64,000 bases of DNA from NCBI GenBank assembly GCA_963711005.1, contig CAVQCJ010000002.1, positions 1,457,269-1,521,268 on the forward strand, read 5' to 3'. Of the stretch, positions 43,461 through 52,230 are shown piece after piece. The translations under genes and the position numbers were made by a program. This DNA is from an uncultured Actinomycetota bacterium. GTDB taxonomy: Bacteria; Actinomycetota; Actinomycetes; Prado026. The stretch's first letter is position 1. Every line of letters begins with the position of its first letter. A model generated the notes under the pieces. That model did not search any database. It was not told the DNA's origin and worked only from the letters and a program-made list of their open reading frames with translations.

Positions 43461-43596
43461 GGCTCGACCCCCTCAAGCGGGGCATCGCCCCGGTCGGCGT
43501 GTCTGTGTGCGAGCCGCTCTGTTCGAACGACTCTGGACGAGCAACTCTGTACGACCGACCGGCAGGGCGGTCGACGTCTGCCTAGGGTACAAGCAG

Positions 43597-44694
43597 TCAG
43601 GCCGGTCCGGGCACCTGACCGGCCGCCAGACCGGGGTACAACCGGCCCGCCCACGGGCCGGCCGCCATCCGCTCCTCGGCGATCCGCTCGGCGGCGGTGA
43701 CCGGGAGCACACCCTCCCGTGCGGCGGCGCCCAGCACCTCGCGGGTGGTCGCCCCGATCCCGGCCGCGGTGGCGGTGGCCCGCTCCAGGTCGAAGCCGCG
43801 CAGCTCGTCGGCCACCTGGATCACCCCGCCGGAGTTCACCAGGAAGTCGGGCACGTAGAGGATGCCGCGGTCGGCCAGGGTCGCGGCTACCCCCGGATGC
43901 GCCAGCTGGTTGTTGGCGGCCCCGCAGACGACCTGCGCCGACATCGCGCCGGCGACGGAGTCGTCCAGCTCGGCACCCAGCGAGCAGGGCGCCAGGATGT
44001 CCAGCGGCTCGGCGACCAGGGCGTCCCCGTCCGGCACCGCGACCACCCCGGGATGGGCGTCCAGCACCCTTTGGACCGCCGCCGGGTCCACGTCGGTGAC
44101 CACCACCTCGGCGCCGTCGGCCAGCAGGTGCTCGACCAGGTGCGCACCCACCTTCCCCACCCCGCGGATCCCCACCCGCCGGCCGGCCAGCGAGGCGGTG
44201 CCCCAGCGGACCTCGGCCGCGGCCCGCATGCCCTGGAACAGCCCGAACGCCGTGAGCAGGCTGGAGTCGCCGCAGCCGCCCCGCTCCGGCGAGCGGCCGG
44301 TCACCCAGCGGCAGGTCTCGTCGATCACGTCCATGTCGGCGACGGACGTCCCCGCGTCGCAGGCGGTCACGTAGCGGCCGCCGAGCGCCTCCAGGAACCG
44401 GCCGTAGGACCGGAGCAGGTCGGCGGTCTTGTCCGTCGCCGGGTCGCCGACGATGACGGCCTTGCCGCCGCCGTGCGGAAGCCCGGCCAGGGCGTTCTTG
44501 TACGACATCGCCCTGGCCAGGCGCAGCGCGTCCGCCAGGGCGTCGGCCTCGGTCGCGTACGGCCGGAACCGCGTGCCGCCCAGGGCCGACCCGAGCGCGG
44601 TGCTGTGGATCGCCACGTAGCCGAGCAGCCCGGTCGCGTCGTCCCGGAACCGCACGACCTGTTCGTGCTCGGCGGCCGAGAGGGGGTCGGTCAT
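43597..44694 (-). CDS. Glu/Leu/Phe/Val dehydrogenase family (valine dehydrogenase-like)
   Basis: Strong similarity to Streptomyces Vdh throughout ([15 protein letters not shown]; [19 protein letters not shown]; [28 protein letters not shown]; [12 protein letters not shown]). Start taken at the internal ATG (MTDPLS). Confidence 0.8.
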   Translation of the reverse strand: MTDPLSAAEHEQVVRFRDDATGLLGYVAIHSTALGSALGGTRFRPYATEADALADALRLARAMSYKNALAGLPHGGGKAVIVGDPATDKTADLLRSYGRFLEALGGRYVTACDAGTSVADMDVIDETCRWVTGRSPERGGCGDSSLLTAFGLFQGMRAAAEVRWGTASLAGRRVGIRGVGKVGAHLVEHLLADGAEVVVTDVDPAAVQRVLDAHPGVVAVPDGDALVAEPLDILAPCSLGAELDDSVAGAMSAQVVCGAANNQLAHPGVAATLADRGILYVPDFLVNSGGVIQVADELRGFDLERATATAAGIGATTREVLGAAAREGVLPVTAAERIAEERMAAGPWAGRLYPGLAAGQVPGPA

Positions 44695-44866
44695 GGCCCG
44701 AAGCGTAGATCCGCCGCTGCCGTCCGGGTGATCGTCGGCGGCCACCGACTAGTCCGTCCGGGCTACCGCGGGCCTAGCCCTTACGGGCCATATCGGACAA
44801 CCCGGACGGAAGGGATGATGTGCGCGGCTGACCGTCGCCGCGACGGTCCATCCAGGAGGCACCAGC

Positions 44867-45076
44867 GTGACCACCCGTACCCCCGACGCCGAGCCGCTGC
44901 TGACCCCGTCCGAGGTCGCGGCGATGTTCCGCGTCGACCCGAAGACGGTCACCCGCTGGGCCAAGGCCGGCAAGCTGACCTCGATCCGCACGCTCGGCGG
45001 GCACCGCCGCTACCGCGAGGCCGAGGTCCGGGAGCTGCTCGGCCAGATACCGCAGCAGCGCGACTCGGGGGACTAG
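44867..45076 (+). CDS. bldC: BldC-like MerR-family small DNA-binding protein
   Basis: 69 aa, nearly identical to the BldC consensus (DAEPLLTPSEVAAMFRVDPKTVTRWAKAGKLTSIRTLGGHRRYREAEVRELL). GTG start with an AGGAGG RBS. Confidence 0.8.
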   Translation: MTTRTPDAEPLLTPSEVAAMFRVDPKTVTRWAKAGKLTSIRTLGGHRRYREAEVRELLGQIPQQRDSGD

Positions 45077-45146
45077 ACCCGGGGCGGGAGCGCCGCCCGG
45101 GCCGTCCGACAAGGCGGCCCGGACGGCTGCTGCCCCACCCCTCCGC

Positions 45147-45218
45147 GGCTTCACCCCGCGGACTGCTGTGTGGGAGGGCTCCCACCGGCGAACTTGCAGC
45201 AACCTACGAGGTGAAGCG
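45147..45218 (+). repeat. 72-bp terminal-inverted-repeat intergenic element, copy B
   Basis: GGCTTCACC-CCGCGGACTGCTGTG-TGGGAGGGCTCCCA-...GCAGCAACCTACGA-GGTGAAGCG. It lies 70 nt downstream of bldC in the same sense and 12 nt from the stop of the convergent esterase gene. Confidence 0.65.
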
Positions 45219-45230
45219 GGGCCGCGGGGG

Positions 45231-46208
45231 TCAGGTGACGCGGGCGGCGAGCCAGTCGAGCTGCTCGGCGTGCTGGAACGCCGCCCCACCCTCGTGCTCG
45301 TTGTACGGGTAGACGGTGATCGACTTCTCGAGGCCGCCGTAGGCGTTGAAGGCGGCGAACACCGTCGACGGCGGGCACACCTTGTCCATCAGCGCCACCG
45401 AGAACAGCGCCGGCGCCGACGCCAGCCGTCCGAGCACCGCGCCGTCGAAGTACGCCAGCGTCCCGAAGACCTGCTCCACCTGGTCGCGGTGCGCCTTCAG
45501 GTAACCGACGATCTCGCCGTACGGGTCCTCGTCGGTGATCTCGGTCGCCCGCCGGAAGTGGCACAGGAACGGCACGTCCGGCAGCACCCCGACCAGCCCG
45601 CTGGCCAGCGCGCCCACGGCGATGCTGATCCCGCCGCCCTGGCTGCCGCCGGTCACGGCGACCCGGTCCGGGTCCACCGCCGGGTGCGTCCGGACCGCGT
45701 CGACGGCGCGGACCGCGTCGGTGAACACCCGCCGGTAGTAGTAGGCGTCCGGGTCGAGCACCCCCCGGGTCATGAACCCGGGGTACGAAGGCCCGCCGGT
45801 GCCGCCGCTGTCGGCCGTGTCGCCCGCCGTCGAGCCGGTCCCCTGCCCACGGGTGTCGACGACCAGGCAGGCGTACCCCGCCAGCGTCCACACGCTGACC
45901 TCGTGCGCCAGCCCCCGCCCGCCGGTGTAGCCGAGGTAGCGCACCACCGTCGGCAGCCGCCCGCCGCTGCCCGCCGGGACGTGCAGCCAACCCCGAACCG
46001 GGTCGGCCCCGAAGCCGGGGAACGTGACGTCGTAAGCCTCGACCAGCTTCAGCCGGGTGCGGACCGCGGCGAACACCGGCTCGGACCCGGCACCGACCGC
46101 GCGGGCCTGGGTGAGCGTGCGCGCCCAGAACTCCTCGAGGTCCGGCGGTGCCGGCGGACGCGGGTCGTAGTGCCGCAGCTCGTCCAGCGAAAGGTCGAAC
46201 AGCGCCAT
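45231..46208 (-). CDS. Acetylxylan esterase / cephalosporin-C deacetylase family (AXE1)
   Basis: The motifs GGSQGGG (nucleophile elbow), the RGQG oxyanion motif, and the overall CE7 layout. Confidence 0.8.
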   Translation of the reverse strand: MALFDLSLDELRHYDPRPPAPPDLEEFWARTLTQARAVGAGSEPVFAAVRTRLKLVEAYDVTFPGFGADPVRGWLHVPAGSGGRLPTVVRYLGYTGGRGLAHEVSVWTLAGYACLVVDTRGQGTGSTAGDTADSGGTGGPSYPGFMTRGVLDPDAYYYRRVFTDAVRAVDAVRTHPAVDPDRVAVTGGSQGGGISIAVGALASGLVGVLPDVPFLCHFRRATEITDEDPYGEIVGYLKAHRDQVEQVFGTLAYFDGAVLGRLASAPALFSVALMDKVCPPSTVFAAFNAYGGLEKSITVYPYNEHEGGAAFQHAEQLDWLAARVT

Positions 46209-46218
46209 CGCCGCCGCC

Positions 46219-47211
46219 TCAGGCCCGCTCGGCTGGGTACGTGAGGCCGATCTGGCTCCGCACCTCGTCCATGGTGGCCATCACCGAACAGCTCTCGTCC
46301 AGTGGCAGCACCGGGCTCTCGGTCAGCCCGGCCCGCAGGCAGCGAGCCACCTCGGCCGCCTGGTACCGCAGGCCGTGGCCCACCCGCGGCTCGTCGAAGC
46401 GCTCCAGCACCTCGTCGTCGCGGTCCAGCACCGAGAAGGACGTCGGGGTGTACCAGGTCCCGTCGATCTCGATCCGGGCGTCGGTCCCGACGATCGCCGC
46501 CCGGTTCGGGCCGGCCCCCCACAGCGTCGTGGTCAGGACCGCCTGCGCACCGCCGCCGTACTGCAGCAGCACCGACGTCTGCCCGTCGACGCCGGTGTCG
46601 GTCATGTCGCCGACAGCGGTGATCGTCCGTGGCGAGCCGAGCACGGACGAGGCGAACGAGACCGGGTAGACGCCCAGGTCCAGCAGCGCCCCGCCGCCGA
46701 GCATCGGCGCGAACAGCCGGAAGTCCGGGTCGTACGCGAACCACTGCCCGTGGTCGGCCTGCACGGTGACGATCCGGCCGAGCGTGCCGGCGGCGAGGAT
46801 CTCGCGGACCCGCACCATGTGCGGCAGGAACCTCGCCCACATCCCCTCCATCAGGAACAGCCCGCGGGACCGGGCCAGCGCGATCACGTCGTCCGCCTCG
46901 GCGGCGTTGAGCATGAACGGCTTCTCGCACAGCACCGCCTTGCCCGCCTCCAGCGCCAGCCTGGTCGCGTCGTGGTGGCCGGGGTGCGGCGTGGACACGT
47001 ACACCGCATCGACCTCGGGGTCGGCGACGAGAGCGGCGTACGACGGATGCCGGTTGCGCGCGCCGACCTTGGCGCCGAAGACGTCCGCGGTGTCCTGCGC
47101 CCGCGACCCGACAGCGACCAGCTCGGCGTCGTCGAGGAGCTGCAGGTCGTTGGCGAAGGCGGTGGCGATCCCGCCGGTACCGATGATTCCCCAGCGCAGG
47201 CGTTCGGTCAT
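46219..47211 (-). CDS. Gfo/Idh/MocA family oxidoreductase
   Basis: Rossmann motif WGIIGTGGIA, the EKP motif (VLCEKPF), and RBS GGAAGGA upstream of the ATG at 47211. Confidence 0.8.
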   Translation of the reverse strand: MTERLRWGIIGTGGIATAFANDLQLLDDAELVAVGSRAQDTADVFGAKVGARNRHPSYAALVADPEVDAVYVSTPHPGHHDATRLALEAGKAVLCEKPFMLNAAEADDVIALARSRGLFLMEGMWARFLPHMVRVREILAAGTLGRIVTVQADHGQWFAYDPDFRLFAPMLGGGALLDLGVYPVSFASSVLGSPRTITAVGDMTDTGVDGQTSVLLQYGGGAQAVLTTTLWGAGPNRAAIVGTDARIEIDGTWYTPTSFSVLDRDDEVLERFDEPRVGHGLRYQAAEVARCLRAGLTESPVLPLDESCSVMATMDEVRSQIGLTYPAERA

Positions 47212-47308
47212 GGGCAGATCCTTCCGGGCGCGGGGACCGGGGCGCCAGCCGGGGTCCGTGGCCGACCCGCTCTTGCCGTCGGGGGGTTCCGGGCGTTCGG
47301 ATGGTGCC

Positions 47309-48082
47309 ATGACCATCCGAACCGCGCCCTGGCCGGCCGGTGTCCCTTGCTGGATCGACCTGCAGGTCCCCGACGTCCCCGCGGCCCAGGAGTTCTACGG
47401 TGCCGTCCTCGGCTGGACCTTCGCCCCGCCCGCCCAGGAGTTCGGCGGGTACGTGGTCGCCGAGTCCCACGGCGCCATGGCCGCGGGGATCGGCCCCGCG
47501 CAGGCAGGCGCCGCGATCGCCTGGACCTTGTACCTGGCCAGCGAGGACGCCGATGCGACCGCGAAGTCCGTCGAGGTCGCCGGCGGCACCGTGGTGCTGC
47601 CACCGGGCGACGTCGGCCCGCTCGGGCGGATGTTCCTCGCCGCCGACCCGACCGGTGCGGTCTTCGGCGTCTGGCAGGCCGGGGACAACCACGGCGCGGG
47701 CGTGGTCAACGAGCCCGGCGGGCTGTCCTGGGAGGACCTGCGCTCGCACGATGCCGACGCGGCGCGCGCGTTCTACCGCGACGTCTTCGGCTACGACTAC
47801 GCACCCGTCGAGGGCGCCGGACCCGACTACACGACGTTCTCCCTCGCCGGCGAGGGCGCCCCGCGCGGCGGGATCGGCGGGATGTTCGGCGCCGAGGACC
47901 GGCCCTCGCACTGGCTCGCCTACTTCGGCGTGCAGGACGCCGCGGCGGCCACCGCGGCGGCCGAGCGGCTGGGCGGCTCGGTCGCGCTGCCCGGTTTCGA
48001 GACCCCGTTCGGCGTGATGGCCGGGATCGTCGACCCCTGGGGCAGCTCGTTCTGGGTGGTCCAGCAGTCCGGCCAGGCCTAG
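47309..48082 (+). CDS. VOC (glyoxalase/bleomycin resistance) family protein, two-domain
   Basis: The motif pattern (WIDLQVPD...F.PTGAVFGVWQ) appears twice, consistent with a tandem VOC fold. Confidence 0.7.
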   Translation: MTIRTAPWPAGVPCWIDLQVPDVPAAQEFYGAVLGWTFAPPAQEFGGYVVAESHGAMAAGIGPAQAGAAIAWTLYLASEDADATAKSVEVAGGTVVLPPGDVGPLGRMFLAADPTGAVFGVWQAGDNHGAGVVNEPGGLSWEDLRSHDADAARAFYRDVFGYDYAPVEGAGPDYTTFSLAGEGAPRGGIGGMFGAEDRPSHWLAYFGVQDAAAATAAAERLGGSVALPGFETPFGVMAGIVDPWGSSFWVVQQSGQA

Positions 48083-48106
48083 CCGGTCCGGGCGGCGTGG
48101 AGCTGC

Positions 48107-48604
48107 TCAGGAGCTGGCAGTCCGGGCTTGCTGGTCCAGGGCCTTGTCGACGGCGTCCATGTCGTAGCCCGGTCGCACCAGGTCGAAGCCGACCGCGCGG
48201 ATCTCTGCCCGGGTGCGGTCGCCGATGGTCTGGAAGAACACGTCGACCTGTTCGGCCTGGTAGCCCTTGGCTGTGCCGGAGAACCGGCCCTCCCCGACGT
48301 GGGTCGCCTTGGCCAGCGGGCGTCGCAGGTAGAGCCAGATGAGCACCGAGAAGGCCGCCGCGACGACGAGCGTGCTGAGGCTGTACAGCAGCGTTGCCCA
48401 CCGACTCACGGGTGCCCCCGGAGTGTCGCCGATGCCGGCGTCATGTCCGGTGACGGTGCTCCAGAGTCCCTGGGCCGTCGCCCACCAGGCCACGGCCGCG
48501 ATGATCGGAGGGATCGCGCTCATGTTCGACGCGCCCCACAGGCTGGGGCGTGGGCGGTCCCGCCAGCGCAGCTTGCCGCCATTGCGGCCTCCGGTAGCGC
48601 TCAC
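48107..48604 (-). CDS. DivIVA-domain membrane protein
   Basis: TM helices are followed by a DivIVA N-terminal-like motif (GYQAEQVDVFFQTIGDRTRAEIRAVGFDLVRPGYDMDAVDKALD). The start overlaps the stop of the upstream ECF sigma gene (GTGA). Confidence 0.55.
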   Translation of the reverse strand: MSATGGRNGGKLRWRDRPRPSLWGASNMSAIPPIIAAVAWWATAQGLWSTVTGHDAGIGDTPGAPVSRWATLLYSLSTLVVAAAFSVLIWLYLRRPLAKATHVGEGRFSGTAKGYQAEQVDVFFQTIGDRTRAEIRAVGFDLVRPGYDMDAVDKALDQQARTASS

Positions 48605-49869
48605 GCTTCCCTCGCCGCGTCAGCGGCCCGGCGGCGCGACAGCTCGCGCTCCCGTTCGTTGCGGGTCATCGCGGCCGCGCGCTCGAACTCGACCTGCGCC
48701 TCCCCTGGCCGGCCCAGCTTCATCAGCAGGTCGCCGCGCACGCTGGGCAGCAGGTGGTACCCGCGCAGGGCCGGCTCGTCCGTCAGCGCGTCGACCAGGT
48801 CGAGGGCGGGCTGCGGGCCGTACGCCATCGACACCGCCACGGCGCGGTTGAGCTCCACCACCGGCGACGGCGTCACCCTGGCGAGCGCCGCGTACAGCGC
48901 GGCGATGCGCGGCCAGTCCGTGTCGTCCGCCCGGAAGGCGCGCGCGTGGCAGGCGGCGATCTCGGCCTGCAGGACGTACGGCCCGCCGGATCCGTCCAGC
49001 TCCTCGGCCCTGGCCAGCGCGGCCAGGCCCCGGTTGATCAGCAGCCGGTCCCAGCCGGTCCGGTCCTGGTCGAGCAGCAGCACCGGCTCACCCTCCGGTC
49101 CCCGGCGCGCGCCGACACGGGACGCCTGGATCTCCATCAGCGCCACCAGGCCGTGCACCTCCGGCTCGTCCGGGGTCAGCTGCGCGAGCAGCCGGCCCAG
49201 CCGCAGCGCGTCCCCGCACAGCTCCGGCCGCATCCAGTCGGCACCGGACGTCGCCGAGTAGCCCTCGTTGAAGATCAGGTAGACCACCTCGAGCACGGAG
49301 GCGAGCCGCTCGGGCCGGTCGGCAGCGGCCGGGACCTCGAACGGGACGTCGGCTGTCGCCAGCGTCTTCTTCGCCCGCACGATGCGTTGGGCGATCGTCG
49401 GCTCGGGGACCAGGTACGCACGGGCGATCTCGGTGGTGGTCAGGCCGCCGAGCAGCCGCAGCGTCAGCGCGACCCGCGCCGGGACGCCCAGCACCGGGTG
49501 GCAGGCGGTGAACACCAGCCGCAGCAGGTCGTCGTCGATGTCGTCGGAGAACGCGCGGTCGAAGTCCGGGGTCACCGCCGCGCCGCCGTCGGCCAGCTCG
49601 CGCCCGATCTCCGCGTACCTGGTCCGCAGCCGCTCGTGGCGCCGGAACAGGTCGACCGCTCGCCGCCGCGCCACGGTCATCAGCCAGCCGCGCGCGTTGC
49701 GCGGGACCCCTTCGACCGGCCACTGCTCGAGCGCGGCGACGAGAGCGTCCTGGGCGAGCTCCTCGGCCAGACCCAGGTCACCGGTGTAACGGGTGAGCCC
49801 GGCGACCAACCGCGGGTACTCCAGCCGGAACACGGTCTCGATCGCCGCGCGGCTCTGCGACCCCGTCAC
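48601..49869 (-). CDS. ECF-type sigma-70 factor with a long C-terminal DUF6596/TPR-like extension (YciI-associated class)
   Basis: Sigma region 2 (LAEELAQDALVAALEQW), region 4 (GLTTTEIARAYLVPEPTIAQRIVRAKKTL), and a ~230-aa C-terminal extension. It follows a yciI gene. Confidence 0.8.
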   Translation of the reverse strand: MTGSQSRAAIETVFRLEYPRLVAGLTRYTGDLGLAEELAQDALVAALEQWPVEGVPRNARGWLMTVARRRAVDLFRRHERLRTRYAEIGRELADGGAAVTPDFDRAFSDDIDDDLLRLVFTACHPVLGVPARVALTLRLLGGLTTTEIARAYLVPEPTIAQRIVRAKKTLATADVPFEVPAAADRPERLASVLEVVYLIFNEGYSATSGADWMRPELCGDALRLGRLLAQLTPDEPEVHGLVALMEIQASRVGARRGPEGEPVLLLDQDRTGWDRLLINRGLAALARAEELDGSGGPYVLQAEIAACHARAFRADDTDWPRIAALYAALARVTPSPVVELNRAVAVSMAYGPQPALDLVDALTDEPALRGYHLLPSVRGDLLMKLGRPGEAQVEFERAAAMTRNERERELSRRRAADAAREA

Positions 49870-49896
49870 CTGCCGATCTCACCACAGCGCGAGCAC

Positions 49897-49968
49897 CGCT
49901 TCACCTCGTGGAACGTTGCATGGGAGGGCTTCCACGCCCGCGTCAGCGACGTCCCACGGGGTGAAGCG
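49897..49968 (-). repeat. 72-bp terminal-inverted-repeat intergenic element, copy C (reverse orientation on the genome; sense with respect to the yciI-sigma operon)
   Basis: CGCTTCACC-TCGTGGAACGTTGCA-TGGGAGGGCTTCCA-...-GGTGAAGCG. The reverse complement aligns with copy A, including ...CCCATGCAACGTT(C)CACGAGGTGAAGCG. It starts 14 nt after the yciI stop and ends 27 nt before the sigma start. Confidence 0.65.
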
Positions 49969-49982
49969 CGGGACGGAGCGGA

Positions 49983-50318
49983 TCAGAAGACCTGGCGGAT
50001 GCGGGACTCGCCCTCGCCGACGATGCTCAGGAAGCGCTTGGTCCACTCGACCGCCTCGTCCTTGTCCCGGCACTCGCAAAGCGCCCAGCCGCCGATCAGC
50101 TCCTTGGCCTCGGCGAACGGGCCGTCGGTCACGGTGAACTCCCCGCCGTGCAGCGTCACCTTCGCACCCATCGCGGTCGGCGCGACGCCACCGGTGGCCA
50201 GCAGCACGCCGGCTTTCGTGGCCTCCTCGACGAACGCCCCCATCTCGGCGTTCAGGTCGGGCGTCGGCTCGGGGATCGGCACGGACTCGTCGCCCAGGGT
50301 GTACATCAGGAATCGCAT
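49983..50318 (-). CDS. YciI family protein
   Basis: 111 aa with the YciI-like pattern (LLATGGVAPTAMGAKVTLHGGEFTVTDGPFAEAKELIGGWALCECRDKDEAVEW). Confidence 0.8.
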   Translation of the reverse strand: MRFLMYTLGDESVPIPEPTPDLNAEMGAFVEEATKAGVLLATGGVAPTAMGAKVTLHGGEFTVTDGPFAEAKELIGGWALCECRDKDEAVEWTKRFLSIVGEGESRIRQVF

Positions 50319-50444
50319 GGCTGGCTCCTTCGATCTGGTCGTGCCGGCGCTTCCGGCTCACCCATGGGTCGATCGGCACGCGGCCGGATCGACACCGCGC
50401 GCAGGGCAGTCTCGAACCGCGGTGGTGAGCCGGGATCGGGTCGG

Positions 50445-50711
50445 TCAGTCCCGCCGGTCTTCTCGGCGCTGCTTGCGGCGTCGGTGCCGGCGCATCACAC
50501 CGAGCCCGAACCACACCAGCGCCCCGAACACCGCGGTCACGATCGTGTACAGCCACAGCGGCCAGGTGAAGGTCAGCCAGAGGAACTTGAACCTGACGTC
50601 CTCGGTGTTCTGGACGATGAAGATGACCAGGACCGCGAGCCCGGAGAACGACGCGATGGCACCGCCGCCGATCTTGCGCCTGGTGGTCGCATCCGGCACC
50701 TGCTGACTCAT
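50445..50711 (-). CDS. DUF1049 / LapA-domain small membrane protein
   Basis: 88 aa with two TM helices and a basic RRHRRRKQRRE tail. Confidence 0.6.
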   Translation of the reverse strand: MSQQVPDATTRRKIGGGAIASFSGLAVLVIFIVQNTEDVRFKFLWLTFTWPLWLYTIVTAVFGALVWFGLGVMRRHRRRKQRREDRRD

Positions 50712-50799
50712 GGCACTCCTCCCGGTAACCGTTCGCAGCCCGCGACGCGTCCGGGCGCCGTTGGCAGCCTAGGGTGTCGCGGCCGAGGATTCAGGGGAG

Positions 50800-50873
50800 T
50801 GGCCAGGGGCGGGGTCGAACCGCCGACCTTCCGATTTTCAGTCGGACGCTCGTACCAACTGAGCTACCTGGCC
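50800..50873 (-). tRNA. tRNA-Phe (GAA)
   Basis: The reverse complement folds as a cloverleaf: GGCCAGG-TA-GCTC-AGTTGGTA-GAGC-G-TCCGA-CTGAAAA-TCGGA-AGGTC-GGCGG-TTCGACC-CCGCC-CCTGGCC-A. The anticodon is GAA; CCA is not encoded. Confidence 0.9.
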
Positions 50874-50909
50874 GTGCAAACGAGGCCAGATCATATCCGA
50901 ACGGCTCGG

Positions 50910-51275
50910 TCACCCACCGAGCGCGACCAGCACCCGCCGCACCTGGGCCGGGGCCGAGCCGGGCGTCACGAGCAGCGCCAGGTCGGTCGTCCCCGGGACG
51001 GGCTGCAGGCTCCCGTCCAGCGTCGTGACCCGTCCGGTGGTCGCGTCGGTCAGCGCGGCTCGTGCGGTCAGCCCGGCGCAGCCTGCGTCCAGCCCGCTCA
51101 GGACGACGGCCGACGGGGTCAGCCGGACGACCGCGTGCTCCGACTGGCAGTTCACCGCCGCCAGCTCGGCCGGGTTGAGGGCGGCCAGCGCCTGCCCGCT
51201 GCCATGGGTCACCACGGCGGCCCCGAGCAGCATCGACCCGAGGCTGACCGCCACCTGGGTCGAACGCCTGCTCAT
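50910..51275 (-). CDS. Hypothetical small secreted protein
   Basis: 121 aa with signal peptide MSRRSTQVAVSLGSMLLGAAVVTHG and two Cys. Confidence 0.45.
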   Translation of the reverse strand: MSRRSTQVAVSLGSMLLGAAVVTHGSGQALAALNPAELAAVNCQSEHAVVRLTPSAVVLSGLDAGCAGLTARAALTDATTGRVTTLDGSLQPVPGTTDLALLVTPGSAPAQVRRVLVALGG

Positions 51276-51389
51276 GGCCGCACGCTCGCAGGCAGAGCGG
51301 GCTCCCGGCGGCGGTTCCCGCCGGCACCGGCCGTTCGTCCGGGCCGGGTCCGTACGAACGGCCGGTACGCGCCGCCTACCCTGGACCGC

Positions 51390-52166
51390 GTGGACATCAC
51401 GGGTGCATCGGCGATCGTGACCGGAGGGGCGTCGGGGCTGGGCGCCGCGACCGCGGAGAGGCTGGCCGCCGAGGGCGCCGCCGTGGTGGTGCTCGACCTG
51501 GACGAGGCCAAGGGCCGCGCGTTGGCCGACCGCATCGGCGGGTCCTACGTGCACGCCGACGTGACCTCCGAGGATCAGGTGCTGGCCGCGGTGTGGGCGG
51601 CGAACGCGCTCGGGCCGCTGCGCGTGCTGGTCAACTGCGCCGGCATCGGCATGGCGATGCGCACCGTCGGCCGGGACGGGTCGTACGAGTCGGCGCACGG
51701 GCTGGACGTCTTCACCAAGGTCGTCGCGGTGAACCTGATCGGCACCTTCAACTGCTTGCGGCTGGCCGCCAGCGCGATGAGCCGCACCGAGCCGGACGCC
51801 GACGGTCAGCGCGGCGCGATCGTGAACACGGCGTCGATCGCGGCGTTCGACGGGCAGATCGGGCAGGCGGCGTACAGCGCGTCCAAGGGCGGCATCGTGG
51901 GGCTGACCCTCCCGGTGGCGCGCGACCTGGCGGTCGTCGGGATCCGGGTGAACACGATCGCGCCGGGCCTGATCGACACCCCGATCTACGACGCGTTCCC
52001 CAACCCGGCGGAGTTCAAGGACCAGCTCAGGCGCGACGTGCTGTTCCCGCACCGGCTGGGGACGGCGGAGGAGTTCGCCTCGCTGGTGCTCGAGCTGGTT
52101 CGCAACCGGTACATGAATGCCGAGGTGGTCCGGATCGACGGCGGCGCACGGCTGCAGCCCAAGTAG
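51390..52166 (+). CDS. SDR family oxidoreductase (3-hydroxyacyl-CoA dehydrogenase type-2-like)
   Basis: Motifs TGGASGLGAAT, NCAG, and the catalytic YSASKGG. GTG start. Confidence 0.8.
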   Translation: MDITGASAIVTGGASGLGAATAERLAAEGAAVVVLDLDEAKGRALADRIGGSYVHADVTSEDQVLAAVWAANALGPLRVLVNCAGIGMAMRTVGRDGSYESAHGLDVFTKVVAVNLIGTFNCLRLAASAMSRTEPDADGQRGAIVNTASIAAFDGQIGQAAYSASKGGIVGLTLPVARDLAVVGIRVNTIAPGLIDTPIYDAFPNPAEFKDQLRRDVLFPHRLGTAEEFASLVLELVRNRYMNAEVVRIDGGARLQPK

Positions 52167-52230
52167 TCGGAACGGCGAGGCGACGAGCGAGTGCATCGAG
52201 TGAGGACCCGAGCTTGACCACGGACTCGCG

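Noticed and set aside
43600-43624. Hairpin GGCCGGTC-N9-GACCGGCC near the vdh stop, considered as a terminator
   Set aside because: It lies inside the last codons of the dehydrogenase coding sequence, not downstream of the stop.
50356-50433. 10-bp inverted repeat CCGGCTCACC ... GGTGAGCCGG, 58 nt apart, considered as a fifth copy of the 72-bp element
   Set aside because: The inner sequence lacks the TGGGAGGG core and the TGCAACGTT module, and the length is wrong (78 nt). It is more likely an unrelated promoter or terminator structure upstream of yciI.
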